Source of the DNA: an uncultured Pseudomonadota bacterium
GTDB lineage: Bacteria; Oederibacteriota; Muellerivitia; Muellerivitales; Muellerivitaceae
DNA length: 64,000 nucleotides
NCBI GenBank assembly: GCA_963836235.1
Contig: CAWIIP010000002.1
Coordinates: forward strand, 896,001 to 960,000
Reading direction: 5' to 3'
Made by a program: the position numbers and the translations under genes. Under the pieces are notes generated by a model. The model was given only the letters and a program-made list of their open reading frames with translations. It was not told the origin of the DNA and did no database searches. Below are positions 9,069-19,334 of the stretch, piece after piece (the stretch's first letter is position 1; each line of letters starts with the position of its first letter).

Positions 9069-10142
9069 TCAAGGTAAAGCACCCGTATAACCCCCGCTCC
9101 CCGAGGAGCAGGCGCCAGTGGGGGCCGGGCCCACCGGGTTCAAGTCAACGGCGGTCTTCGATTGGTCCCCATCCGCCACCCAATTCAATGGGTTTACGAT
9201 TCCTGCCAGGGTGTTTTGGCAACTGTCTAAAATGGCGTTGTCATTTTGCAGGCCAACGTCCTCATCCGCGTTCAAACTGTCGTTGGCCCAGAGGCCTGAG
9301 AGGTCGATGGAAGTCGTGGCGTCCAACCCGGGAGGCAGGTAGGAATCCCACCATTCCGTCACGGACCCGCTGCTGGTCCAGCTGTCGGGCCCGAAGATGA
9401 TTCCGGCCAGGAAGGTCGTGACGGGACCCGAAACCGCGAAGGCGATCACCTTATGGCCGTTTCCATTGTGGTTGAACACCAGGTAAGTGTTGCCCGAGGC
9501 GCCTGCCACGTTGGCGGCCGTTCCCTGGGCGACCGTACCGGTCTTTCCAAAGACAATTTGGCTATAGGCAGGGAGCCCTCCAGCGGGTGCCGTGTAGGAA
9601 ACGGTGCCTTCGATGATCGTCAATCCATTCCCGGTCTCAGTGGCGCAGCAACTGTAGCTTTCGTCCACCCAGGGCGCGATCGGGCTGCTGCTGTTGGTTG
9701 GGTCGTAGGAATAATTGGTGAAATAAACCACCTGGCTGCCAGGCAGGGCAACCGTATTGACGAAACTGACCTGGCTGTTTCCGTTATAAAGAAGCCCAGT
9801 AAAGGCGATGGAGCCGGGCCCCAAACCCGAGGGCGGCGTGGCCGTGACTGTCGCGGTGGGCGTGTTGGTGGGCGTGGAGGTCGCCGTCGACGTCGGGATC
9901 ATCGACTCGGTCGCGGCCACCGTCTGGGTCGCGTTCGGCGTGTTCGTGATCGTTGGGGTCGAGGTGGGGGTTTGCGTGATCGTGGATGTCTTAGTGACGG
10001 TCGGGGTATTGGTGGAAAGCGGCGGCGCGGTCGGGATTCTTTGCGGGCTGCAGGAAACCAACAGGACTCCCGTCGTCAGGGCGGCTGAAACCATCCCTAA
10101 TAGGCTCCATCCCATCGGCGTGAGTGATTTGATCAGTTTCAT
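9069..10142 (-). CDS. Lipoprotein with Thr/Pro stalk and 'PGSIAFTG..VVYFTN' domain
   Basis: Lipobox LVS-C; domain shared with 6629..8923 (GHKVIAF/GHKILAF, IFGPDSW, NDNA.L..C). Confidence 0.8.
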   Translation of the reverse strand: MKLIKSLTPMGWSLLGMVSAALTTGVLLVSCSPQRIPTAPPLSTNTPTVTKTSTITQTPTSTPTITNTPNATQTVAATESMIPTSTATSTPTNTPTATVTATPPSGLGPGSIAFTGLLYNGNSQVSFVNTVALPGSQVVYFTNYSYDPTNSSSPIAPWVDESYSCCATETGNGLTIIEGTVSYTAPAGGLPAYSQIVFGKTGTVAQGTAANVAGASGNTYLVFNHNGNGHKVIAFAVSGPVTTFLAGIIFGPDSWTSSGSVTEWWDSYLPPGLDATTSIDLSGLWANDSLNADEDVGLQNDNAILDSCQNTLAGIVNPLNWVADGDQSKTAVDLNPVGPAPTGACSSGSGGYTGALP

Positions 10143-10225
10143 TCCGGCCTCCTTAAATTCGGTTAACTTCTTCCCTGATTTTGTCCCTTTATCCCAGCCT
10201 TAGGCTTTCTCAACAGGACTGGTTT

Positions 10226-11851
10226 TTAAAGCGTAAGCGCCGCGCGGGCGACGACGATGTTTTCCGGAAGCACCGTTTCATTGCCGCCTGAAAAATTCGT
10301 TGTCTCGAAATCGCACATCCACTTGAAATTGCCGTCAAACCACCAGTTCACGCCCACCCCGAAGGCCGTCGCCACTTGGGCTCCCGTCCCCAGGGATACC
10401 TTGGGCGCGTAGGGGAACCCCACCGTGAAGGATTGGATGTCCATGAAATTCGTGTCCGTGCGGGCGACTAACTCCAGGGCGCCCCAGTGGCCCTTGGAAG
10501 GATCGAAGGGATTGTCCACCTCGGCGCCTTCAAACCCCGCCTTGCCTCCGATAACCCATTGGACTTCAGTCAGCCAGCCGGTATTAGCCAATTGGACCGG
10601 CACCCCCTTCGCCCCCTGGGCCACCGTCTGGATGGATTGGATCCACTCCCCTAAAAATCCCAAAGACCCGTTGTAGTAGTACCCTTGACCGTCCAAGTGG
10701 TAAAAAGACCCCTCGGGAACGACACCGTTGTAGGTCATAAAAGCATTTCCGCCGACCGAGGTTTCAAGTTTCGCCCAGATCGTTGTGTCCTCGCTGGTTT
10801 CGTTGTCCACTGCGCCTCCACCCCCGAAGCCCAGGCCCTCAAGCCCTTCGTCCCCCGACTTTTCCCAAGGCGTGAAGAAGACCCGTCCCGTGAGGGACTT
10901 CATGTCCCCCGTGGGTTTGCCGGGACCCGTGGCGGAAGATTCGTTATCCTGCTGGCCATTTGCGATTTCCAACACGTAATCGAAGAAGTGGTTCACTTCT
11001 CCATGGAACTCGGCCCCGATGTCTTTGTTGACGGCCAAGTTGGCGACCATGGAGGGTTCAACGAAGGGAAGGTCGGCGCTGGGCTGGAGCCCTTCCAGGC
11101 TTAAGGGGTTCGACATTTTTCCAGCTTGGAACACAAGGGCTTTGTCGAACTTGACGTAGGCATAGGCGTGGTAAACCCCGATACTGACCTCGGTGGATTT
11201 GTCGCTCTCGATGCCGATGGCCGCCCCAACCAATTTGCCGAAGGTTCCCCGGAAATCCAAATGGGCTTTGCGGGCGATAAAGCCGTTGGGAGTACTACCA
11301 TTGATATATTGGTACTGGGTCACTCCCTGGTTCACGGTAGCGTTTTGGAAATTCAGGTCCAGATCCGTCCAGTCATAGCCGCCGATCCGGAACTCCGTGT
11401 CCCCCCCGGGATTTGTGAAGGACAAGTAACGGCTTTCCGAGTACATGTATTCGTTGCCTTCCACGAAGGGAATGGACAAATCATGGACTCCCCGGGTGCC
11501 GGTAACGCCGGCGGCATTCGCATCGGTCTCCCCCATGGGCCCGAAAGCCGGACCCTGGGAAGTCGCCACCGGGGTAGCGGTTGTGGGTGTGGGAGAAGCC
11601 TGCGCTTTTATCTCCAAGGCGTTCAAGCGTTCTTCCAATTTCTGGTTCTCGGCTTCCAGGGAATCCAGTTTTTCCTTCACGCTTAATTTCTTCGGGGCCG
11701 CCGGCGCGGCCTGATCCTCCATGGTTTGCGGTCTGGCCGGTGACGGCGTGGGAACGGGCGTCGCGGCGTCTTGGGCGTAGGAAAGGTTCAATCCCGACAA
11801 AGCCAAAAGCAGTAGGGCCGGCAACAGTCCGAAAGTTTTTTGGAGTTTCAC
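10226..11851 (-). CDS. Phosphate-selective porin OprO/OprP family
   Basis: Signal peptide, coiled coil, PLSLEGLQ..DLPFVE, GRVFFTP, GHWGALELVAR, GVNWW motifs. GTG 11851 with RBS. Confidence 0.85.
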   Translation of the reverse strand: MKLQKTFGLLPALLLLALSGLNLSYAQDAATPVPTPSPARPQTMEDQAAPAAPKKLSVKEKLDSLEAENQKLEERLNALEIKAQASPTPTTATPVATSQGPAFGPMGETDANAAGVTGTRGVHDLSIPFVEGNEYMYSESRYLSFTNPGGDTEFRIGGYDWTDLDLNFQNATVNQGVTQYQYINGSTPNGFIARKAHLDFRGTFGKLVGAAIGIESDKSTEVSIGVYHAYAYVKFDKALVFQAGKMSNPLSLEGLQPSADLPFVEPSMVANLAVNKDIGAEFHGEVNHFFDYVLEIANGQQDNESSATGPGKPTGDMKSLTGRVFFTPWEKSGDEGLEGLGFGGGGAVDNETSEDTTIWAKLETSVGGNAFMTYNGVVPEGSFYHLDGQGYYYNGSLGFLGEWIQSIQTVAQGAKGVPVQLANTGWLTEVQWVIGGKAGFEGAEVDNPFDPSKGHWGALELVARTDTNFMDIQSFTVGFPYAPKVSLGTGAQVATAFGVGVNWWFDGNFKWMCDFETTNFSGGNETVLPENIVVARAALTL

Positions 11852-11967
11852 TTTTTCCCCTTTGGTCGAAAAGAATTTCACAGAAGGCGTTGTTAAGGAG
11901 GTCTGCGATTAACATCTTAAAAGTTGCGGGATTATTGTCGGAGTTGGTTTCGGCAAAAAAAATAATT

Positions 11968-11984
11968 TGTTAAATAACGGTAAA
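11968..11984 (-). promoter_or_regulatory. Pho-box-like direct repeat TTTACC-N5-TTAACA
   Basis: 11-bp-spaced repeat upstream of the porin-led gene run. Confidence 0.45.
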
Positions 11985-12192
11985 AGGAAAAAACGGAAAG
12001 TGGTTTCTACGGTTTTGAAAAATCATTCGAATTCGAAATGATGAAATGAAAATTTCAATTTAAGGATTTGTTTCGAAACGGTTAAAAGGAATGATTTTTA
12101 CTGCTGAAATAAAAATAAAAATTTTATCTTCGGGGAATCAAATTTCATCTCGATACACGGGAAAAGGCGGAAGAGCGGATCTTAACTAAAAA

Positions 12193-12232
12193 AATAAAAC
12201 CAGCTCCCTTTCGGCGGAGGCAGGGTTTTATT
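12193..12232 (-). terminator. Degenerate terminator hairpin, paralogous to 12442..12481
   Basis: AATAAAAC..AGC..CCC / GGAGGC.GGGTTTTATTGGC shared with the second copy. Confidence 0.5.
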
Positions 12233-12441
12233 GGCAACCCTCCACGAAGACATTTAGGACCTATTGTTTGAAAGAAGGGCAAGTCATTTTATCTATTGAA
12301 TTCTAAATAAGGAAAAATGGCTGGGGCGGTGAATGTCGAACCGCTTCGCTTACAGGGAAGAACCCCTGTATACCCTTTTGAACACCATGGGGACCAACTG
12401 TTCCCCATACCCCTCAGGTTCGAATCCCTTCCATCTCAAAT

Positions 12442-12481
12442 AATAAAACCCAGCCCCCCAAAAGGGAGGCTGGGTTTTATT
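12442..12481 (-). terminator. Intrinsic terminator directly after the displaced tRNA 3' end
   Basis: AATAAAACCCAGCCCCCC-AAAA-GGGAGGCTGGGTTTTATT. Confidence 0.75.
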
Positions 12482-12503
12482 GGCTGGGGCGGTAGGATTC
12501 GAA
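12481..12503 (-). repeat. att direct repeat: duplicated 3' 23 nt of tRNA-Gln
   Basis: TGGCTGGGGCGGTAGGATTCGAA identical to 34415..34437. Confidence 0.92.
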
Positions 12504-12676
12504 GAGACCAACTGTGTTACCCGCCTGCTACGTGAAAGGCTTGAATTCATGCGGTTATTAGAACGAATCCAACATCGAATCTTGTTAAGCAACCCAAAGA
12601 AATTATAACGGGATTCCACTCGTTGTCACTGGTTGAGATGCCGAGAAGGTAGTTAAAAGGTAGACAGGAGGAAATA

Positions 12677-13360
12677 GTGAAAGATCAAAATACCATCGAT
12701 AAATTTATCGCCTTAAGAGCCGATGGGTGGAGTTACGACAAGATCAGCCAGGAACTAAAGGTAAGCAAGCAAACGTTGATAAATTGGGGCCGAAAATATC
12801 GCCACGACATATTCAATCTTATTCAGATCAAGAAAGAGGCAATGAAAGATGAATACGGTGTACTCGAACACAGGCGAATCGAGATTCTGGGGAAACCCCT
12901 CAAAAAGATTCAAACCGAGATCGAGAAAAGGGACTTTAGTGAATTGCCACTCGATAAGGCAGTTGGCTTATTGATACAACTAACTGAAAAACTTAAGGAA
13001 GAGGAAGGCAAAGAGATCGCTTTTTATTACCCACCTGATCCTCCTGCCCCAAAACCAGAAGGCAGTCGAATAACCGAGAACTCAATTCCCGATTGGGCCC
13101 AGTCATTACCAATTTTGCAACCGGGTTTAATATTCCCTCAATGCTGTATGACCGACGAGGAATTGGTCGCTTTTCACCAAAAAGTCTTAGCAAAAAGGCC
13201 CTGGGAAATTGAACAAGAACAAGAGGAGCGCAAAGCCTGGAGTGAAGAAGTGCTTCGAGATCACCAAAATCAGACCGATTCCATACCAAATCTTGACCAA
13301 ACTCTTATTCCTGCCACATCAGAATCGAAACCGTTAAAACGACTTGAAGGGCCCCTGTGA
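12677..13360 (+). CDS. N-terminal helix-turn-helix hypothetical protein
   Basis: LRADGWSYDKISQELKVSKQTLINW HTH; AGGAGG RBS. Confidence 0.7.
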   Translation: MKDQNTIDKFIALRADGWSYDKISQELKVSKQTLINWGRKYRHDIFNLIQIKKEAMKDEYGVLEHRRIEILGKPLKKIQTEIEKRDFSELPLDKAVGLLIQLTEKLKEEEGKEIAFYYPPDPPAPKPEGSRITENSIPDWAQSLPILQPGLIFPQCCMTDEELVAFHQKVLAKRPWEIEQEQEERKAWSEEVLRDHQNQTDSIPNLDQTLIPATSESKPLKRLEGPL

Positions 13361-13530
13361 ATCCAAGGCATTCTTTCAATTACCCTAGCCCCTTCTCAGC
13401 TTCAGGCCCCAACACCGCCAATATTCGTGATTTGTAAGCGCCGTTCCAATAGTGTGACGGTGGGCGGTCCAAAAGTGTGACACCCCCCTCCTTCCATACG
13501 CCTTACGGTGTATGGTTTTGGTTCACCCTA

Positions 13531-14304
13531 TTAATCCTTCTTGTCTTTATGCTTTAGCCGTTTTTTTGCTTCCCCCAATCTGAAGCTTTGGCCGTTGGCC
13601 TCTAGAATATGCACCCGATGGGTCAAACGGTCAATAAGAGCCCCGGTCATCCTTTCCGATCCCATGATTTCCACCCAATTTTCAAAGGGAAGATTAGTCG
13701 TTACCATCAGGCTGGTACGTTCATAGGCTTTGCTGACCACTTCAAATAGCAGTTCGGCTCCCGCCTTGGTGAAGGGGACATAACCGAGTTCGTCTAGGAC
13801 GATCAGGTTGTACTTCGCCAATTGCCGGTTGAACCTTGCCAATTGTTTTTCCTCGCGGCGCTCCAAAAGTTCTGTCACAAGGCCGGTGACGGAGAAGAAT
13901 CGCACCGCCCGGCCTTGGGTACAGGCTTGGAAGGCCAAAGCCGTGGCTAAATGGGTTTTACCTGTCCCTGAATTGCCGATTAACAGGACGTTTTCTTTTT
14001 TGTCGATGTACTCGCCCCGCATGAGTTCCCGCGTCAATTCCTGATTGATCGAAGGCTGGGCCTTGAAATCGAACGTGTCCAAGGTTTTGAGCACGGGAAA
14101 CCCGGCATCACGAATGCGCCTTTCCTTGGCCCGGCGCTCACGGTCCAGAAGCTCCAACTCGACAAGCTTGAGAAGGTACTGCGGGTAGTCACTGCGCTCG
14201 GTGCGGCAGAGTTGGGCCATCTTGTCGTACTCGCGATACATCGTCGGCAGTTTGAGTTTCTTGAGGTGATGCTCTAGCAAGAGGGTCTTTTTGGATTCGC
14301 TCAT
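13531..14304 (-). CDS. istB: IS21 helper ATPase IstB
   Basis: GNSGTGKTH Walker A, LDELGY, TTNLPF, DRLTH. Confidence 0.95.
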   Translation of the reverse strand: MSESKKTLLLEHHLKKLKLPTMYREYDKMAQLCRTERSDYPQYLLKLVELELLDRERRAKERRIRDAGFPVLKTLDTFDFKAQPSINQELTRELMRGEYIDKKENVLLIGNSGTGKTHLATALAFQACTQGRAVRFFSVTGLVTELLERREEKQLARFNRQLAKYNLIVLDELGYVPFTKAGAELLFEVVSKAYERTSLMVTTNLPFENWVEIMGSERMTGALIDRLTHRVHILEANGQSFRLGEAKKRLKHKDKKD

Positions 14305-15812
14305 GCTTCACCTCCGACCGCTAACAGTTCGCGATAGGCCGAAATGTCCTGTCGGGCCACATGGACCCGCCTTAAGTGATCACGACCATCCAAGCTGAAA
14401 GTAGTCAGTCTGAAATCCTCCCTGGGGAAGAGGAGTTGAGCGACGGCGTCGCGGGTGTAAATTTCCATCCCTGCGGCTTTCTTCACCGCACGGGCGAGCC
14501 GCGAGAACGAATACTTCTCCAACAGCCGAAGTGTCTTGATGAATTCCCGCGTCCCCTCGCCGTGAAACTTTTCTTTGCCTTTCATGCGACGGTGCAGGAG
14601 GGTAAAACTCTCCGGCAGATTCCAGTCTTCCAGAGGTCGGGCATGATCGAATGCGCCAGGTTTTCCCTCCAAAATCGCCAAATAATGCACCGGATTGAAG
14701 GTCGCGCCTTCCTTGCCCCAAAGGCGGACGTGGGTCGCGATGAGTTTTTCTTTGTAGAAAATATCTACCCGATCAATGTATCCCTTGACCACCACCGGAT
14801 GATGTGCCCATTGTGATGGCACGGAATAATCGTTGGTGTCGAAGCGCACCAGAGACTGCGATGATGCCGTGGTGGACTGTTTAATACAGGCGTCAAAATC
14901 GGCGGCTGGTAACGGCCTGAAATGGGCCTTATCCTCGTCTAGGAGCTGCGCCTTGGTGAATCCTTTACCGCGCAATTTGCGTTCTAACTCCTCGCTACAG
15001 TTCACCTCCAACTTTTTGTTCAGTTCCTCCAAGATTCTCACCTGTGGAACCGGCACCATGAAATTCGATCGGGAGTATTTCACGATTCCTTCCACCACAC
15101 CCTTTTCATTACCCCTGCGTACGGTGCAGAAGTGGTAGTCAAAGAGATAGTGGCTTACCAACTGCTGGAAACCTCGTGTCAACTCTCGTCGGTGTACCCC
15201 AATAAACTTTTTCACGAGGGTTTTAGCGTTGTCGTAGCTGATCCGTGAAGGCACTCCACCAAAGTATTTAAAAGCTCTGATGTGGCCTTCCCACACGAAC
15301 TCGGTGCTCTCTCGCTCAAACATCTGCACGTAGAAAGCATCTGAATAGGGCAGGGCCATCACGAAATACGGGCGTTTCACCAACACGCCGTTGAGCTTGA
15401 CCAAGGCGTGTCCAAAGTCTACCTGTGCCTCACCAGGCCGATGTATCAGCGGAATGAATACCTCGCTGTTCCTCTGCTTGAGTCCCCGGACAGCTTTTTT
15501 TACCTGGGTATAGCCGCCGGTGTAGCCATCCTCGGCGCACAGGCGCTCGAAGATACGCTTGGCGGTATGGTGCTGTTTCTTGTGGATGTGCTTGTCGTCT
15601 TCTAGGATTTGCTTGATGCGGTCCAGAAACGGCCCAATCTTCGGCTGTTTCCGATCACCGTTTGTCCGGTAGCCCGGAGGCTCACTATGGGCGAGTATTT
15701 TCTTGAGGGTTTCCCAGTGAATACCCTCTTCTTCCATCACCTGGCGTTTGGAAACCCCTTCTACCAGGATTTTCTTGCGAATTTCGATCCATTGGTCCAT
15801 ATCGTTGTACAC
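14301..15812 (-). CDS. istA: IS21 transposase IstA
   Basis: PGEAQVDFG, YDN, EKGVVE DDE motifs; ATGA overlap with istB; start GTG 15812 or ATG 15800. Confidence 0.93.
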   Translation of the reverse strand: MYNDMDQWIEIRKKILVEGVSKRQVMEEEGIHWETLKKILAHSEPPGYRTNGDRKQPKIGPFLDRIKQILEDDKHIHKKQHHTAKRIFERLCAEDGYTGGYTQVKKAVRGLKQRNSEVFIPLIHRPGEAQVDFGHALVKLNGVLVKRPYFVMALPYSDAFYVQMFERESTEFVWEGHIRAFKYFGGVPSRISYDNAKTLVKKFIGVHRRELTRGFQQLVSHYLFDYHFCTVRRGNEKGVVEGIVKYSRSNFMVPVPQVRILEELNKKLEVNCSEELERKLRGKGFTKAQLLDEDKAHFRPLPAADFDACIKQSTTASSQSLVRFDTNDYSVPSQWAHHPVVVKGYIDRVDIFYKEKLIATHVRLWGKEGATFNPVHYLAILEGKPGAFDHARPLEDWNLPESFTLLHRRMKGKEKFHGEGTREFIKTLRLLEKYSFSRLARAVKKAAGMEIYTRDAVAQLLFPREDFRLTTFSLDGRDHLRRVHVARQDISAYRELLAVGGEA

Positions 15813-17860
15813 TCCTTTTCCTTCCGGTGCCTGTAGTTCCATTGCTGAAAACCACATCATCCGGTAAATTCGGGGAGTGTCACACTTTTCGACCGCCCTT
15901 TGAGGGCCTCAGACCGTCACAGTATTGGAGCGCCGTTTACACCGATCGGGGTTTTTGGTCCATAAGTTGTTAAAGTGCATAACAATGCTAGGTCTAATCA
16001 TTAAGGAAAGACCTGGATCAGCGACAAGTGTTTGAACTACTCGGTCCACATCTCCCCTTAAAATCAACCGCTCAACTGCATAATCGAATAAAACATGATG
16101 TGAATAAGTCAAAAAATCCGAATCTGGGGTCGCCGCAGGGGAAGACTGAAATTCAATAATTACCCCTGTGCTTAAAAGATCACCTAAAAATGTGCTCTCT
16201 GCCGGATTCGAAAAAAGTGACCTCTCAACTATAAGTTTCTTGTCCCCGATCATTCTTTCGCAGGCTTTTCGAAGGACTGCGGAACGAGCATCCCTTTGGT
16301 GGTCGTTTCTTTCGACCCGGTAATACCAGTATTTATCTAAAAGGTCGATTTGTGAGCTGACAGAAGAGATTTCTGAAATATCCGCCGAACCCTCTAACAG
16401 TTCGGCAACCAAATGCAAATTGAAAGGGTTTCTTAACAAGACTTTTAATTCACCAGTTGCATTCCTTACCACTTGATAAAGGTCGGTGGATTGGGCGTCT
16501 ATTTGAAGAAGTTCCGGATCGTCAAAACCAGAGATGGAAACATGACGATAACCGGAGAACTCTTGATCTTGAAATTCCGAGTTATTATCCGATTGCCTGC
16601 CGGTATCCCTAAAAAGTGCCTGTAGCGCCCGGCTGTGACGCAAATCATATTTCCGAATAGAAACGACAACACGCCAACGGGAATTTAAACCCATGAGAAG
16701 ACGAATTAAATCTCTGAAATTGCTAAAGGCGACATCATCTCGTATTGCATCGAGTGAGTCCAAAACGAAATAGGCTGGTTCTCCTCCAATCCAATTTTGG
16801 AACACGTCTAAAATTTCATGCTCTAGTTGCAGTTTTCCTTTTAATTCCGTTAAATCTTTTACGCTCAAAAAACCAGCGTTCAAAAAGACAACATCTTTTT
16901 GTCTTGCCAACAAATTACCGACAAAATCATGAAGAACACCACTTTTACCCGCCCCAGGCTCTCCAACCACAAGACAATCTCCGCCACCAGCAAAAGAATC
17001 CATAAAAGTTACAACAGACCTATTTATTTTGATTTGGGTTGATCCAACCTTCATCAATGAGTTAATGCCCAAACGTTGGATCGTCATTTGTGTTTGGTTC
17101 TTTAATTTTTGAATATCCGCATCAAAACTCGGAACCCATTTAAGATCGAACCCCAACTGTATTAAACGGGTTTGAATAAATCCTCGATTCCCCCCGGTTC
17201 GGGTAGAACCAAAGGTCAAACATAAATCGAGTAAAGCACTCCAAACCGCACCTGCCGCAGAAGAGGTTTTTAAAACAGCGGATGACAAAAGGTCTTTGGC
17301 AGAGGTTTCATCATTCCCCCCGCTCTCAACATTCAATGATTGGACATAAGCCAATTTTAAAATCCCTTTTAAATCCTCATTTGAGGGAGAAGAACCAATT
17401 AACTTTTGCCACGCCTCGTTTAAATGTTTTTTTAATTTTGTCAGCACTCCTTGTTCGTCAGCATTGACCGCCGTTGAATCTATTGTTTGTTCGGGAGTCA
17501 GCGTGCGAGCACGATTTAGAATATTGGATAACTCGTTTCTTATTTTCCCTGATGCTGTGGGCCCAACTGTCAAAATGAGTCTATCCTTTTCACCGAGCGG
17601 TCTCGGGTTTAAGACCTGGGCGCTGGCCTGTAATCGATGAGCATTAAATTGTTTAACAAATTGATGGATAACGGAGGCGAACTCGGATTCAGAACCTTCC
17701 TCCGCATCTAAAGACCTCTTAACTTGAATATAGATGCGGCCACCGGTAGCCTGGCCGACAAGAATATCATCGACAGATTGACCTGTTTCACACCCTAGGT
17801 AATTTAAAATTGTTGAATGGGGAAGATCGAAAAGAGGTGAGGCACTACTATCTGCCAGAA

Positions 17861-19218
17861 GGTCGCGTCAAGTTTCAGGGTGTAAAAGTTACGGGCGCCT
17901 AAATCAAGCAGCCTGACTTTTGACCTCCTTGCGACTGGTGTGGACTTTGATTCTGTTCCATCGTTCTTGTTGAGCCGTTGCCACTCCCCACAAAAGTTTC
18001 ACCAAAGTTCTTTCGTTCGTCATTCCGCCTACCGGTTTGAACCTCCGTCTCAATTCTCGGTTAAACCGCTCGATCAAGTTTGTACTCCTGAGTAGCATCC
18101 AATCTTTGTGGTCCTGTTGAAAGAAGACAGTGTACTTCTCAAAGTCTTTTTCAGTCATTGCCACCGCCTTAGGGTAGGCTTTTCCCCATTTGGCTTTGAG
18201 TTCACCCAAAGCTATTAGCGCCCGGTTCTTGCCGTCGGCCCAATAAACTTTCGTGAAGTCTTGTAGAAATTCTTTTTGGTCCTTGGCCGCTACCCTCACG
18301 CGGACGTTTCTCATCTTGTGAATGACACATAATTGGTGGGGAATCGACAGTTTTTCTTCCACCGCCGCCAGAATGCCTGCGTGGGCGTCCGATACCACCA
18401 GCTTCAAAACCTTTCGATCCAAGCCTCGTGAAAGCAGATCCTCCAACAAGGCACTCCAACTCTCTTTGCTCTCTGAGTCTCCCACCACAAAACCCAAGAA
18501 ATGGCGGTGCATTGTTCCATCCACCCCAATGGCCACCAAAAGGGCTTGGTTTTCATAGCTTCCCATGCATTTCAAGGAAACATACAAAGCGTCCAGGTAC
18601 AGGTATTGAATTCCTTCCGCCAAGGGCCGTTTTTCCCACGCAACCACCATTGGCTCCAGGTCTTGTGTCCATTGGCTGACCTGATTGGCCGTATGTTTGG
18701 TCCCGAACACCCCATTTAATTCCTCGGCCACCGATCGGGTTGAGGCACCTTTGATCCAAAACCTTCTTCCCAAATGAGCCATCAAATTCCCGGTCCCTTC
18801 CCGCAAAGCCTCAAGGGTACGGGGAATAAATCCACCCTCCCTCAAGACGGGCTTGTTCAACTTCAAGCGCCCAAAAGGCCCCGGCAAAACCATTTTCCGA
18901 AACCCATTGCGGTAAACCCCTTCGGATGGACAAGCCGCGGAAGACCTGCGGCCCAAAAACTCGTCCCGTTCTTCCTTCAAACGGGTATTTAAAGCATCTT
19001 CCAGCAAACCATTAATCTCTTGTTCAACCCAAACCCGAAGATCCCCAGCGTCCAATACAGCCTGAACTTGGGCTTTCACCTTTTCCTTTACCAGCACCTT
19101 CAACGACTGTTGTATATTCTTCATGGGCGTAACGACCTTTCACAAAAAGGGATATGGCGTCTTCAATCAACACCATGTTACGCCCGCTTCTGTTTACACC
19201 CTGGAATCATACGGAACC
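17861..19218 (-). mobile_element. IS256-family insertion sequence
   Basis: GGT...ACC imperfect IRs with shared CAGGGTGTAAA; 8-bp TSD TGCCAGAA at 17853..17860 and 19219..19226. Confidence 0.93.
17904..19124 (-). CDS. IS256-family transposase
   Basis: YRNG, YLYLDA, VVSDAH, QLCVIHK, STNLIERFNRE. Confidence 0.95.
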   Translation of the reverse strand: MKNIQQSLKVLVKEKVKAQVQAVLDAGDLRVWVEQEINGLLEDALNTRLKEERDEFLGRRSSAACPSEGVYRNGFRKMVLPGPFGRLKLNKPVLREGGFIPRTLEALREGTGNLMAHLGRRFWIKGASTRSVAEELNGVFGTKHTANQVSQWTQDLEPMVVAWEKRPLAEGIQYLYLDALYVSLKCMGSYENQALLVAIGVDGTMHRHFLGFVVGDSESKESWSALLEDLLSRGLDRKVLKLVVSDAHAGILAAVEEKLSIPHQLCVIHKMRNVRVRVAAKDQKEFLQDFTKVYWADGKNRALIALGELKAKWGKAYPKAVAMTEKDFEKYTVFFQQDHKDWMLLRSTNLIERFNRELRRRFKPVGGMTNERTLVKLLWGVATAQQERWNRIKVHTSRKEVKSQAA

Positions 19219-19334
19219 TGCCAGAATACGAGTTCCGTACCAAGCCGCTACACGAGCTTGGAAAGTAACTCCACCAGTAGCCGCTGATCCTCCACTTGAA
19301 GTCGCACTAGACAAGTCATTTCCTTTAACAATCC

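Larger units (their letters stand above)
13433..15941 (-). mobile_element. IS21-family insertion sequence
   Basis: TG...CA ends, 25/29 inverted repeats, internal repeat GGGCGGTC.AAAAGTGTGACAC at both ends, istA-istB; no target duplication seen. Confidence 0.92.
15942..19314 (-). pseudogene. PD-(D/E)xK nuclease + STAND NTPase (Avs-like), split by IS256 and 3'-truncated by IS21
   Basis: Removing IS256 and one TSD restores 669 open codons from TTG 19314: GGSAATGGVTFQ, VDDILV..IYIQVKR, Walker A GEPGAGKS, Walker B VLDSLD. Confidence 0.8.

Noticed and set aside
7371-10203. Val/Gly-rich plus-strand ORFs (also 26052..26690 and 48876..49454)
   Set aside because: Antisense reading of Thr/Pro repeat codons
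12405-12435. GGTTCGAATCCC as part of a plus-strand tRNA
   Set aside because: No acceptor stem, D arm or anticodon arm; treated as part of the att scar
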